Shown here: one piece after another, positions 56,403 through 64,000 of the stretch
Position numbering within the stretch: the first letter of the stretch is position 1
Layout of the letters: every line of letters starts with the position of its first letter
Source: an uncultured Desulfospira sp.
Lineage (GTDB): Bacteria > Desulfobacterota > Desulfobacteria > Desulfobacterales > Desulfobacteraceae
Length of the DNA: 64,000 nt
Direction: 5' to 3'
NCBI GenBank assembly: GCA_963663165.1
Contig: OY760175.1
Coordinates: forward strand, 2,592,001-2,656,000
Made by a program: the position numbers and the translations under genes
Notes under the pieces: generated by a model
What the model was told of the DNA's origin: nothing
Databases searched by the model: none
Seen by the model: only the letters and a program-made list of their open reading frames with translations

Positions 56403-57197
56403 TTATTCTTCACCGAAGCCTTTCTTTTGGCCAAGTTTCACAATCAGTTCTGTTTCGTATTGCAGATAATCTTTCAAATCGCGTTGGTTGTAATTGGCTA
56501 GTTTTTTGATTCCCATCAAGGTGTCAGGGGCAAGGCTGTTGTAATAGCTGGCCACTTCCATTGCCCGGTTCTCTAAATCTTGCGAATCCACAGCTTCATT
56601 GGCAATATTGGCAGCCAGGGCTTCCGACGAAGAGATATACCGTTGAAGCAGATATTGTTTTGCTTTTGCCTCTCCAATGGTTTTGCTCAGAAAATAAGCT
56701 GGCCCGCCTTTGGGAAGCATGCCTATTTCCTGATAAATATTATGAAAAACTGTGTCATTGGTGATTATGCGATAATCACAACTTAACGAGATATTCATAA
56801 ACAGGGAGATAACGTCGCCGGTACAGATGTGAATAAACATTTTATCCATGGACCGGATGGCCAGAACGGTCTGATCCACGATGTTGCAGAAACGGTGCAG
56901 CTCATAGCGGTTCATGGTGTTGGAAAAGCCGAAATGCCCCAGTTCCTGTTCCGGGCAGTCAAATAGAAAAAAGCGCAGGTATTCATCATGGCCCGATTCG
57001 CTGAATGCGGAATGCATAACCACCGTGCGGATTTCCCGGTCTGCCGCAAGTTCGGTAAAATACTCCTGCAGGAAGTCGTTTCGGTCGAAACATTGCAGGT
57101 TGTGAAAAAAATTTCCGGAGAATTTCAGCCACAGGGTTTCATCATGGAACTCGGAAACAAAGAAACCTGGATAAGAAATTATAAAATCACTCTTCAT
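56403..57197 (-). CDS. Degenerate enoyl-CoA hydratase/isomerase (crotonase) family protein
   Basis: KMFIHICTGDVISLFMNISLSCDYRI, EIGMLPKGG, ISSSEAL, IKKL; canonical GGGxE and PE motifs absent. Confidence 0.75.
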   Translation of the reverse strand: MKSDFIISYPGFFVSEFHDETLWLKFSGNFFHNLQCFDRNDFLQEYFTELAADREIRTVVMHSAFSESGHDEYLRFFLFDCPEQELGHFGFSNTMNRYELHRFCNIVDQTVLAIRSMDKMFIHICTGDVISLFMNISLSCDYRIITNDTVFHNIYQEIGMLPKGGPAYFLSKTIGEAKAKQYLLQRYISSSEALAANIANEAVDSQDLENRAMEVASYYNSLAPDTLMGIKKLANYNQRDLKDYLQYETELIVKLGQKKGFGEE

Positions 57198-57208
57198 GGT
57201 GTCACTCC

Positions 57209-58573
57209 TTATTGCATTGTAAGCGCTTCAGTTGACATTTCAGTTTCAAGGGTATGTCCAACGGCGTGTTCCAGTGCCGCAAGTGCATCCAGATATCCGT
57301 ACAGCGCCTGATAATAGTTGGTCCGGGCACCTGTCAGGTCGGTCTGGGCATCCAGCACTTCAGTGGAAATTGCCGCTTCCTGACGATACGCCAATTGGGT
57401 AATCCGCATATTTTCCTGAGCCTGAGCCAGGGTTACCTTTGAGGTCTTCACATTGTGCTGCGCCACGCCCAGGTCAAGCCAGGCTCTTTTTATCTCAACA
57501 CAAATCTGATCCTGCACCTGTCTTATCGTCTGATCATAGGAACGTTTTGCTGATACGGCCTTGCCCACATTGGATCGGGTTTTAAAGCCATCGAAAAGTT
57601 GCCAGGAGGCTTGCAAACTAAGGGACGCATTATGATCATTCTCATAATCATTATTATCTGCTATGGGGCTGTCACCATTTTGCCAATAGCTGCCAACCAG
57701 AGAAACCGTTGGGTAATAACTGCTCTTCTCAAGCTTTACCGCCTTTTCCAGGCTCTCGCTCACCAGGGTCATGGCCTGCAGTTGTGGCCTTTGGGCAAGC
57801 CCCGATGCCATCAGGTCCGAAAGAGTCGAATGGATTAATCCGATACTGTCCACCTGTTCCACCTGGGTATCTGCGTTGATATCCCGTGCCAGCCAGCGGT
57901 TGAGTTCTGCCCTGGCGGTGTCCACATCCGCACGGTTGCGCTCTCTTTGCTGAAGTGCATCGGAAAGCGCAACCTTTGCCCGGAGCAAATCGTTTTGTCT
58001 GATAATCCCATACTTGTAAAACCGCTGGGCATCATCTTCATGGGATTGTAAGGTGGTTACTGCCTCATCAGCGGTTAAAAGAATCTTGTCGGCAAGCAGC
58101 AGATGGTAATAGGCGGCTTTTACGCCGCGGGTAAGGTCAAGAAAGACCTGTTCCTTCTCCTTTTTGCTGACCTCCACACCTATTTGGGCAATTTCATGCT
58201 GGCAGGAGACAGCAAAACCCGTGAACAGCGGTTGCACCACTGCCACACCCCAGCCATATTGGGTGTCATGAGCGACCTGCACATTCTTGCCATTTTGCAC
58301 TTGATAAATATGGTCCGCCATTTGCGTTATGGCATAATTTACCGACAGATTGGGCATATATCCTGACTTCGCACTTTTTTCAGTGAATTGTGCGCCTGTA
58401 ATATCTTCCAGAGCTTTTCTGCCCATGGGATTGTGCTCCCGGGCAATCTGGATGGCCTCATCCAAAGAGAGCTGCCCGTTTTGAGCGGCATCAGCAGGGG
58501 GCAGCGTTAGCACCCCCCACCCAGCCAGGACCAGAACACCATACAAATATATATAAAAATTGAATCGTTTCAT
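57209..58573 (-). CDS. TolC family outer membrane protein
   Basis: Signal peptide; LSLDEAI, QPLFTG, YYPTVSL, WQLFDG, EVLDAQ. Confidence 0.9.
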   Translation of the reverse strand: MKRFNFYIYLYGVLVLAGWGVLTLPPADAAQNGQLSLDEAIQIAREHNPMGRKALEDITGAQFTEKSAKSGYMPNLSVNYAITQMADHIYQVQNGKNVQVAHDTQYGWGVAVVQPLFTGFAVSCQHEIAQIGVEVSKKEKEQVFLDLTRGVKAAYYHLLLADKILLTADEAVTTLQSHEDDAQRFYKYGIIRQNDLLRAKVALSDALQQRERNRADVDTARAELNRWLARDINADTQVEQVDSIGLIHSTLSDLMASGLAQRPQLQAMTLVSESLEKAVKLEKSSYYPTVSLVGSYWQNGDSPIADNNDYENDHNASLSLQASWQLFDGFKTRSNVGKAVSAKRSYDQTIRQVQDQICVEIKRAWLDLGVAQHNVKTSKVTLAQAQENMRITQLAYRQEAAISTEVLDAQTDLTGARTNYYQALYGYLDALAALEHAVGHTLETEMSTEALTMQ

Positions 58574-58592
58574 TGCTGATTTCCTTTGTTAA

Positions 58593-61500
58593 TCATTCTG
58601 TGCATTCCAGTTGTTCCTGCCTGATTTTCAGGTTTTTCCGCCGTTTTTTCCCACGGGGCTGCAAAACAACCCAGTAAAGTACCGGCATAACCAGCAGGGT
58701 CAGTGCCATGCCGAAAACAAGACCGGCTGACAGGACTGAACCCAGCGGTGCCCACAGCAAAGAGCCGCTGATGATCATGGGAACAACCCCCATTGCCGCA
58801 GCCATTGCCGTTAAAAATACCGGGCGCATACGCCGTTTTCCCGCCTGTATTGCAATGTTTTTCAACGGCTCGTCAGGGTCGGCTGCGGCAAGTTTGTCTG
58901 CATATTCCACCAGGATAATGCCGTTTCTCACCACCAGGCCGGAGAGGCTTATCAGCCCGATAAAACCGGTGAAGCTCACTGGATTGCCGGTGATAAAAAG
59001 CCCCAGAAAGGCTCCGAACCAGCTCATGGGAATTGCAGCCATGATGATCAATGTCTTGCGGATGCCCTTGAACTGGAAGAGCAGCACCATGAAGATGAGA
59101 ACCAGGCTGGTGAGCAACGACGCCCCCTGCTGCCCCATAACCGTTTTCTGATCCTCGATCTCACCGCCGTAGCTGATGGTCATGCCCTTGGGCAGATTGA
59201 TGGCGGCGACCTGGGGCATGATCTCGCCCAGGATGTCATTGGGCATGCGTCCCAACTGGGCCTCACTGCGCACGGTCATGCAGCGCATGCCGTTACGGCG
59301 GCGGATACGACCATTCTGCCATTCCGGCTCCAGGGTGGCCAGCTGCCTGAGCGGGACCCTGACTCCGGTCGCAGGAGACACCAGATAGGTGTTGTCCAGA
59401 TCCTCAAAGGTGCTGCGCTTTTCTTTGTCCAGGCGCAGCAGGAGGGTAACCGGATTATCGCCTTCCCAGAGAACCGATACAGGCAAGCCCTTGAAACCGC
59501 CGCCCAGTGCCCGGGCAACATCCTGGGTGGTAAAACCCAATCGGTTGGCGACCTCTTCGTCGACCTGGATGCGGATGCCGTAATAGTCCTGTTCAAAGGT
59601 GGTGCGGATGAAGTTGGTGCCTTTGGTCTTTTTCAGGATGTCGCTGACCTTGGCACCGATATGACGGATCTGTTCAAGATCACGCCCATATACCCGCACC
59701 TCGATGGGTGCGTCCACCGGCGGCCCCTGGCCAAGTTGTTTAATGAGGATTTCGCCGTTGGGCAGATAGTTGTGCAGCTGATGCAGATATAGCCTGACCA
59801 GTTCGTTGGTGTCCTCTACCGTGCGGGTCTGAATAAGGATCTGGGCATAGTTTTTCTCATCCTGCTGCGGTGCATAGGTCATATAGAAGCGTGGCGATGC
59901 GGTGCCGATGAAGCTGGTCACCTCGACAATACGTTCGTCTTTTTTAAGTATTGCCTCAAGTTTTCGTACTGCCGCATCGGTTGCTTCCAGCCGGGTGCCC
60001 CTGTCCATATAGATTTCAAAGCAGAACTGGTTGCGCTCGGCATAGGGGAACAGGCGCACCGGTACATGCTTGGCGACAAAGACCGTGCCCACTACCGCCA
60101 GGATGCCAAAGAGCACGGTGAGTACCGGCATCTTGAAGGCCAGCCCGAGGAGCCCGTCGTAGCCTTTTTGCACCAGATCAAGAAAACTCAAGCGCTTTTT
60201 CTTGCTGCCTGCCGAATGCAGCCCGGTTTTGATGAGCACATGGCAGAGCAGCGGGATAAGCAGAACCGCCACAACCATTGAAATGATCAGGGCCACGGTG
60301 ACCGCGATGGGCAAAGCGCGCAGAAATTCTCCGGCGTTGCCCGAAACGATCAGGTTCAGCGGGATAAAGGCGCAGATAATGGCAAGGGTGGCGGCAAAGA
60401 CCGGCACAAACAGATCAGTGGCACTTTTCAAGGCCGCCTGCCAGGTACTCTCGCCCTGATCGAGCCGCTCCACATAGTCATCGACAATAACAATGGCGTT
60501 GTCCACCACCATGCCCAGCACCACAATCAGGCCGGCCAGGGTCATCTGCTGCAGGTTGATATGGAAAAATTCGAGAAAGCCAAAGGTGATCATGATGGTA
60601 ATGGGGATCGCCATGGCTGCGACCAGTGCCACCCGGATGGGCAGCAGCAGCACGGTGACCAGGATAACCGCCACAATGGCGATGGCGAACTCCTTCATGA
60701 AATGGTTGATGTTCTCTTCAACCACCAGGGGCTGGTCAATGGTCTTGCGCACCGTCACATCCGGCGGGATTTGATCCCTTGCCAGAGCCAGCTGCCTGTC
60801 CACCTTTTCCCCGAATTCAACAATGTTAAAGCCGTTCTGCATCTCCACAGACAGGATCAGGGTTTTAGTGCCGTTGAGGCGGATCATTGAATCCGGCTCC
60901 TCATAGCGGCGCTGCACCTTGGCAACATCTTTCAGCCGCACGATACCGTCTTTTTTCGAGGTGTAGATGATCTGGTTTTCAACCTGCTGGATGGAGGTAT
61001 ACAGGCTGCTGGTATGCAGCGGAATCTCTGAATTGCCGTTTTTGATCTCACCGGCATAGGTGATCGTATTCATGGATTGCAGCGCACCTGCCACCTGTTC
61101 CTGGGTCACGCCGAAGCGCGCCATCTTGGCGGAATCGGTGGTGACATAGATCTGTTCATCCTGCTCACCGTATCGTTTGAGCTTGGATACCTCGGGCAGC
61201 GGACGCAGCTCGTCCTCAACGATTTCCAGATAATCGCGCAGCTCCTTGTAGCCGTGGCGGTCAGAGGAAATGGCGATCAGAAGAGCTACGGTATCACCAA
61301 AATCGCTGTTGATGATCGGGCCTATAACCCCGGCCGGCAGGGAGGATTTCAGCTCAATGAGGTCATGGCGCGCCTTGGACCAGAACTTTTCCTTGTTCGT
61401 GACCCATTCCTGCAATTCGACCTGAATAACCATCTCGCCATCCCTGGTGGTGGATTCGGTCTCGTCTTTTTTGACCTCTTCATAACGAAAGAGCTGATTT

Positions 61501-61703
61501 TCCACCTTCTTGGTGACCTGTTCCTCCATTTCAAGGGCGGTTGCACCGGGATATTGCATGATAACCAGCCCCTGGCGGATGGTCATCTTGGGATCTTCTC
61601 TTCTGGGCATGTGCTGCAGGGAATGAATACCCGCCACAACCAGGATCATGGTCAAAAGCAGGGTGATCTGCTTATGTTTGAGGGCACCTTCAAATAATCT
61701 CAT
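58593..61703 (-). CDS. RND efflux permease (AcrB/AcrD/AcrF family)
   Basis: PRREDP, YPGATA, LGMVVDNAIV, GLVVRNGIILVE, RMRPVFLT. Confidence 0.93.
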   Translation of the reverse strand: MRLFEGALKHKQITLLLTMILVVAGIHSLQHMPRREDPKMTIRQGLVIMQYPGATALEMEEQVTKKVENQLFRYEEVKKDETESTTRDGEMVIQVELQEWVTNKEKFWSKARHDLIELKSSLPAGVIGPIINSDFGDTVALLIAISSDRHGYKELRDYLEIVEDELRPLPEVSKLKRYGEQDEQIYVTTDSAKMARFGVTQEQVAGALQSMNTITYAGEIKNGNSEIPLHTSSLYTSIQQVENQIIYTSKKDGIVRLKDVAKVQRRYEEPDSMIRLNGTKTLILSVEMQNGFNIVEFGEKVDRQLALARDQIPPDVTVRKTIDQPLVVEENINHFMKEFAIAIVAVILVTVLLLPIRVALVAAMAIPITIMITFGFLEFFHINLQQMTLAGLIVVLGMVVDNAIVIVDDYVERLDQGESTWQAALKSATDLFVPVFAATLAIICAFIPLNLIVSGNAGEFLRALPIAVTVALIISMVVAVLLIPLLCHVLIKTGLHSAGSKKKRLSFLDLVQKGYDGLLGLAFKMPVLTVLFGILAVVGTVFVAKHVPVRLFPYAERNQFCFEIYMDRGTRLEATDAAVRKLEAILKKDERIVEVTSFIGTASPRFYMTYAPQQDEKNYAQILIQTRTVEDTNELVRLYLHQLHNYLPNGEILIKQLGQGPPVDAPIEVRVYGRDLEQIRHIGAKVSDILKKTKGTNFIRTTFEQDYYGIRIQVDEEVANRLGFTTQDVARALGGGFKGLPVSVLWEGDNPVTLLLRLDKEKRSTFEDLDNTYLVSPATGVRVPLRQLATLEPEWQNGRIRRRNGMRCMTVRSEAQLGRMPNDILGEIMPQVAAINLPKGMTISYGGEIEDQKTVMGQQGASLLTSLVLIFMVLLFQFKGIRKTLIIMAAIPMSWFGAFLGLFITGNPVSFTGFIGLISLSGLVVRNGIILVEYADKLAAADPDEPLKNIAIQAGKRRMRPVFLTAMAAAMGVVPMIISGSLLWAPLGSVLSAGLVFGMALTLLVMPVLYWVVLQPRGKKRRKNLKIRQEQLECTE

Positions 61704-62833
61704 TGCCGGACCTCCCTTGTGGTCAGATCAGAAGGCGAGGTTTCCTGTTCAGCCGAAAGCAGGGTTACCGCAGTGCCGTCAGCAAGTTTATTCTGACCTG
61801 CGACAACAATTAATTCACCGGCTTTTAAGCCATCACGGATCACAATGCCGTCTTTGTATGCGTTGCCCGGGGTAACGCGCCGCAGATGGGCTGTTTTGCT
61901 GTGTTGATCCACAACAAAAACATAGGTGATGGTATCGGCGTCACGGACAATGGCAACGCCTGGGACAGTGAGCACGGTAAGGGGGCGGTCGCACTGGATA
62001 TTGGTCTGTGCGATCATGCCGGGACGCAGCAGCAGATCCTGATTCTGAAGCTCTACCTTGACCGGATAGGTGCGGGCCTGCACATCGGCAACCGCCCCGA
62101 TCATAGTGACTTTTCCGGTAAAGGTCCTGCCTTGAAGAGCAGAGATGGAAACCTGGGCCGCTTTGCCCATGGTGACCTGATCAATCTCGGTTTCCGGAAC
62201 CGGCACCCTGGCATAGATCAGATCGGTTTTGACGATGGTAAAGGCAGGCGACTGGGCGGAAACCATCTGCCCAAGCTCAATGCTCTTACTGCCGACAATG
62301 CCGGTAATGGGGGAATAAAGGCGGGTATCCTTGAGTGCCTTGGCAGCAATGTTTCGGGCTGCCCTGGCCTCGGCCAGGTTGGCTTTAAGCTCGATGATGT
62401 TTTTTTCAGCGAACGCGCCTTCCTTGTAGAGCGGTTCATAGCGTTTATAGGCGTCACTGGCTCGAAGCACCGCAGCCTCTGCCATATCCAGGCTGTTTTT
62501 ATAATCCTGGGACTCAATGGTCGCCAGCAGATCACCCTTGTTTACCTTATCTCCCTCATCCACCTTGACCATATCCACCCGGCCTGGAACCAGGAAACCC
62601 AGCGGTGCGGTTTTGTCTGCCACCAGTGTGCCACTCACGGAAATGACATTGTTCGTCATCACTTCTTTGACTGGCTGAACAGTGACCGGGATTTCCTTAG
62701 GCAGGCTTTCCACCACTGATTCGGTTTTTTCCGATTTACAGCCACTAAGGCTTAAGCAGAGCAGCGCACTGCTCAATACCCAGAGAACTACAAAAAATTG
62801 TCTGAAACGCAAAACTCTCTCCTTTTTATTCAC
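61700..62833 (-). CDS. RND periplasmic adaptor lipoprotein (MFP)
   Basis: LSGC lipobox, VPGRV..VDEGDKV.KGDLLA, LYSPITG, LRPGM; 4-bp overlap with the permease. Confidence 0.92.
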   Translation of the reverse strand: MNKKERVLRFRQFFVVLWVLSSALLCLSLSGCKSEKTESVVESLPKEIPVTVQPVKEVMTNNVISVSGTLVADKTAPLGFLVPGRVDMVKVDEGDKVNKGDLLATIESQDYKNSLDMAEAAVLRASDAYKRYEPLYKEGAFAEKNIIELKANLAEARAARNIAAKALKDTRLYSPITGIVGSKSIELGQMVSAQSPAFTIVKTDLIYARVPVPETEIDQVTMGKAAQVSISALQGRTFTGKVTMIGAVADVQARTYPVKVELQNQDLLLRPGMIAQTNIQCDRPLTVLTVPGVAIVRDADTITYVFVVDQHSKTAHLRRVTPGNAYKDGIVIRDGLKAGELIVVAGQNKLADGTAVTLLSAEQETSPSDLTTREVRQ

Positions 62834-62901
62834 TGTTTTTTTTCTCCTGCTTCTTGAATAGTATGAGACGCCGTGCTCAAATTTCCTGCAAAAGCCTGCG
62901 C

Positions 62902-63189
62902 CTATCTTCCTGCCTCAACCCATACGTTGTGATCAACAAGGGCAAAGGGGCGCAACAGCTCTGCCAGTTTCACGCCAAGTTCGCTTTTCCCTTTGGGTTT
63001 TTGAGTGCCAGTCCAGTTCAGATGAATGGACCAGTCATTTTCAATCAGGTTATTGCGATAGATCATCAACTTCACTTGTGGTTTCATTTTCGAATTCACC
63101 TGGGAGTGAATGTCGCCAAACAGTTCATTTATCGCCCTGTGTGCAGATGGATCCGCCATACGGGCGTTGATTATTTCCATCCATTGCAT
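62902..63189 (-). CDS. Small hypothetical protein (95 aa), first gene of the sigma54 operon
   Basis: SD aggag + MQWMEIINAR..IYRN..DWSIHLNW..KSELGVKLAELLRPFALVDHNVWVE. Confidence 0.7.
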   Translation of the reverse strand: MQWMEIINARMADPSAHRAINELFGDIHSQVNSKMKPQVKLMIYRNNLIENDWSIHLNWTGTQKPKGKSELGVKLAELLRPFALVDHNVWVEAGR

Positions 63190-63280
63190 ATTGCATCTCC
63201 TGTTGTGTTGGACTCTTAAGTAGCCCACTTTGTACCTTTGCCTGCAAGGTGATCGCCTAACAACTTGATAATATCTACTG

Positions 63281-63411
63281 AGCAAGTAACGTGCCATTTC
63301 ATAACAGGCTGTATTTAATAAAAGATTGTAATGTTCAATAAATTTACAGACGAAATATCATGACTACGGCAACGGAATATGGTAGAAGTTGGATAAGATA
63401 CGAAATATAGT
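63281..63411 (-). promoter_or_regulatory. Consensus sigma54 (-24/-12) promoter and three upstream enhancer-like boxes
   Basis: Minus strand TGGCACG-TTAC-TTGCT (63281-63296); boxes acgaaatatcat (63350), acggaatatggt (63372), acgaaatatagt (63400). Confidence 0.85.
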
Positions 63412-63420
63412 GGAGAAAAT

Positions 63421-64000
63421 ATGATTGATGACAAAAGCTTTTTCCATCAAGGCACCATGATGATATGCGGCAGCCTGGATGAAAACCGGATGATCCGTGA
63501 TTGTGAAAAGTATTTACAGCTGTTCATGCCGGTCGAGGGGATCATGCTTTCCACTTATGAACAGGGAAGTCGATCCATTCGTATTTTTGCCCATTCCCCA
63601 GCACTTCCGGTTCCAGACGGACTCCGTTCCATTTTTCTGTCACCTGAATCACAGGCCTTTATTCATCAGGAAACAGAAAATGGGGTTATTATTCATTCCA
63701 GAAAACATTCCAATCCTGTCTCGGAAGACATTGATCGAGCGCTTGGGGTCAGAGCTTTTTCCGAAATGGTGCTGCACCTGAAGCTTGATCAGGAAAAACT
63801 TGGCGTAGTCCAACTCTTTTCCAATTCCCACAGCGAATTCACCGAAGAGCACGCCCGCCTGCTCCATCTGTTGCATGATCCATTTGCGGTAGCCCTGGCA
63901 AATGTATTACGGCATCGGGAGGTGCTTCGGCTCAAAGATCTCCTGGCTGATGATAACCGTTACCTTCTTCAGGAACTTCGCCAGATCTCAGGCAATGAAA
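63421..64000 (+). CDS. GAF-type sigma54-dependent transcriptional activator (3'-truncated by the window; absent from the ORF track)
   Basis: Open frame MIDDKSFF..ICGSLD..FTEEHARLL..PFAVALAN..LKDLLADDNRYLLQELRQISGNE, like the linker preceding the AAA+ domain of FhlA-type activators; divergent from a sigma54 promoter. The AAA+ domain itself is outside the window. Confidence 0.78.
   Translation, partial: MIDDKSFFHQGTMMICGSLDENRMIRDCEKYLQLFMPVEGIMLSTYEQGSRSIRIFAHSPALPVPDGLRSIFLSPESQAFIHQETENGVIIHSRKHSNPVSEDIDRALGVRAFSEMVLHLKLDQEKLGVVQLFSNSHSEFTEEHARLLHLLHDPFAVALANVLRHREVLRLKDLLADDNRYLLQELRQISGNE

Noticed and set aside
61886..62719. 277-aa plus-strand ORF
   Set aside because: Antisense shadow of the MFP gene; the same applies to the many other short nested ORFs in the track

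Overview
Bacterial chromosome segment whose gene content and style suggest a sulfate-reducing Desulfobacterales/Desulfobacteraceae-type organism (inference). From left to right: the 3' part of a very large secreted multidomain C25 (gingipain-like) peptidase; hemW plus a second radical SAM gene; an alkaline phosphatase-YibE/F-VPxPG-CTERM operon; a GAF/HD-GYP phosphodiesterase; birA-bioY-ECF biotin uptake; a nitroreductase; a PhnD-like binding protein with a hybrid kinase; a HAD hydrolase; DUF47-PiT-glpAB. Next is a nested mobile region (about 26.3-37.5 kb). An outer single-integrase element (ends GTCTATAAAA...TTTTATAGAC, integrase needing a -1 frameshift) holds (i) a 4063-bp five-gene RIT-type element with inverted ends and a 6-bp ATAGAC direct repeat and (ii) a 2473-bp DUF4338 + Mutator-type IS with 22-bp TIRs and a 9-bp TSD that splits the integrase. 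It is followed by an AT-rich 786-aa REase-like/PIN-like candidate defence gene. Then come a thiolase-fold/DUF35 pair, ugpBAE with a divergent ugpC, and an ~18-kb co-oriented efflux cluster (two RND systems, an MFS, a degenerate crotonase, a cytidylate-kinase-like protein, TetR regulators, a PAS kinase). That cluster has two homologous sigma54 promoter/enhancer/activator modules, one at each end, one of them decayed. Two MITE-like elements and several heptamer arrays are also present. No rRNA, tRNA or CRISPR array was recognised.
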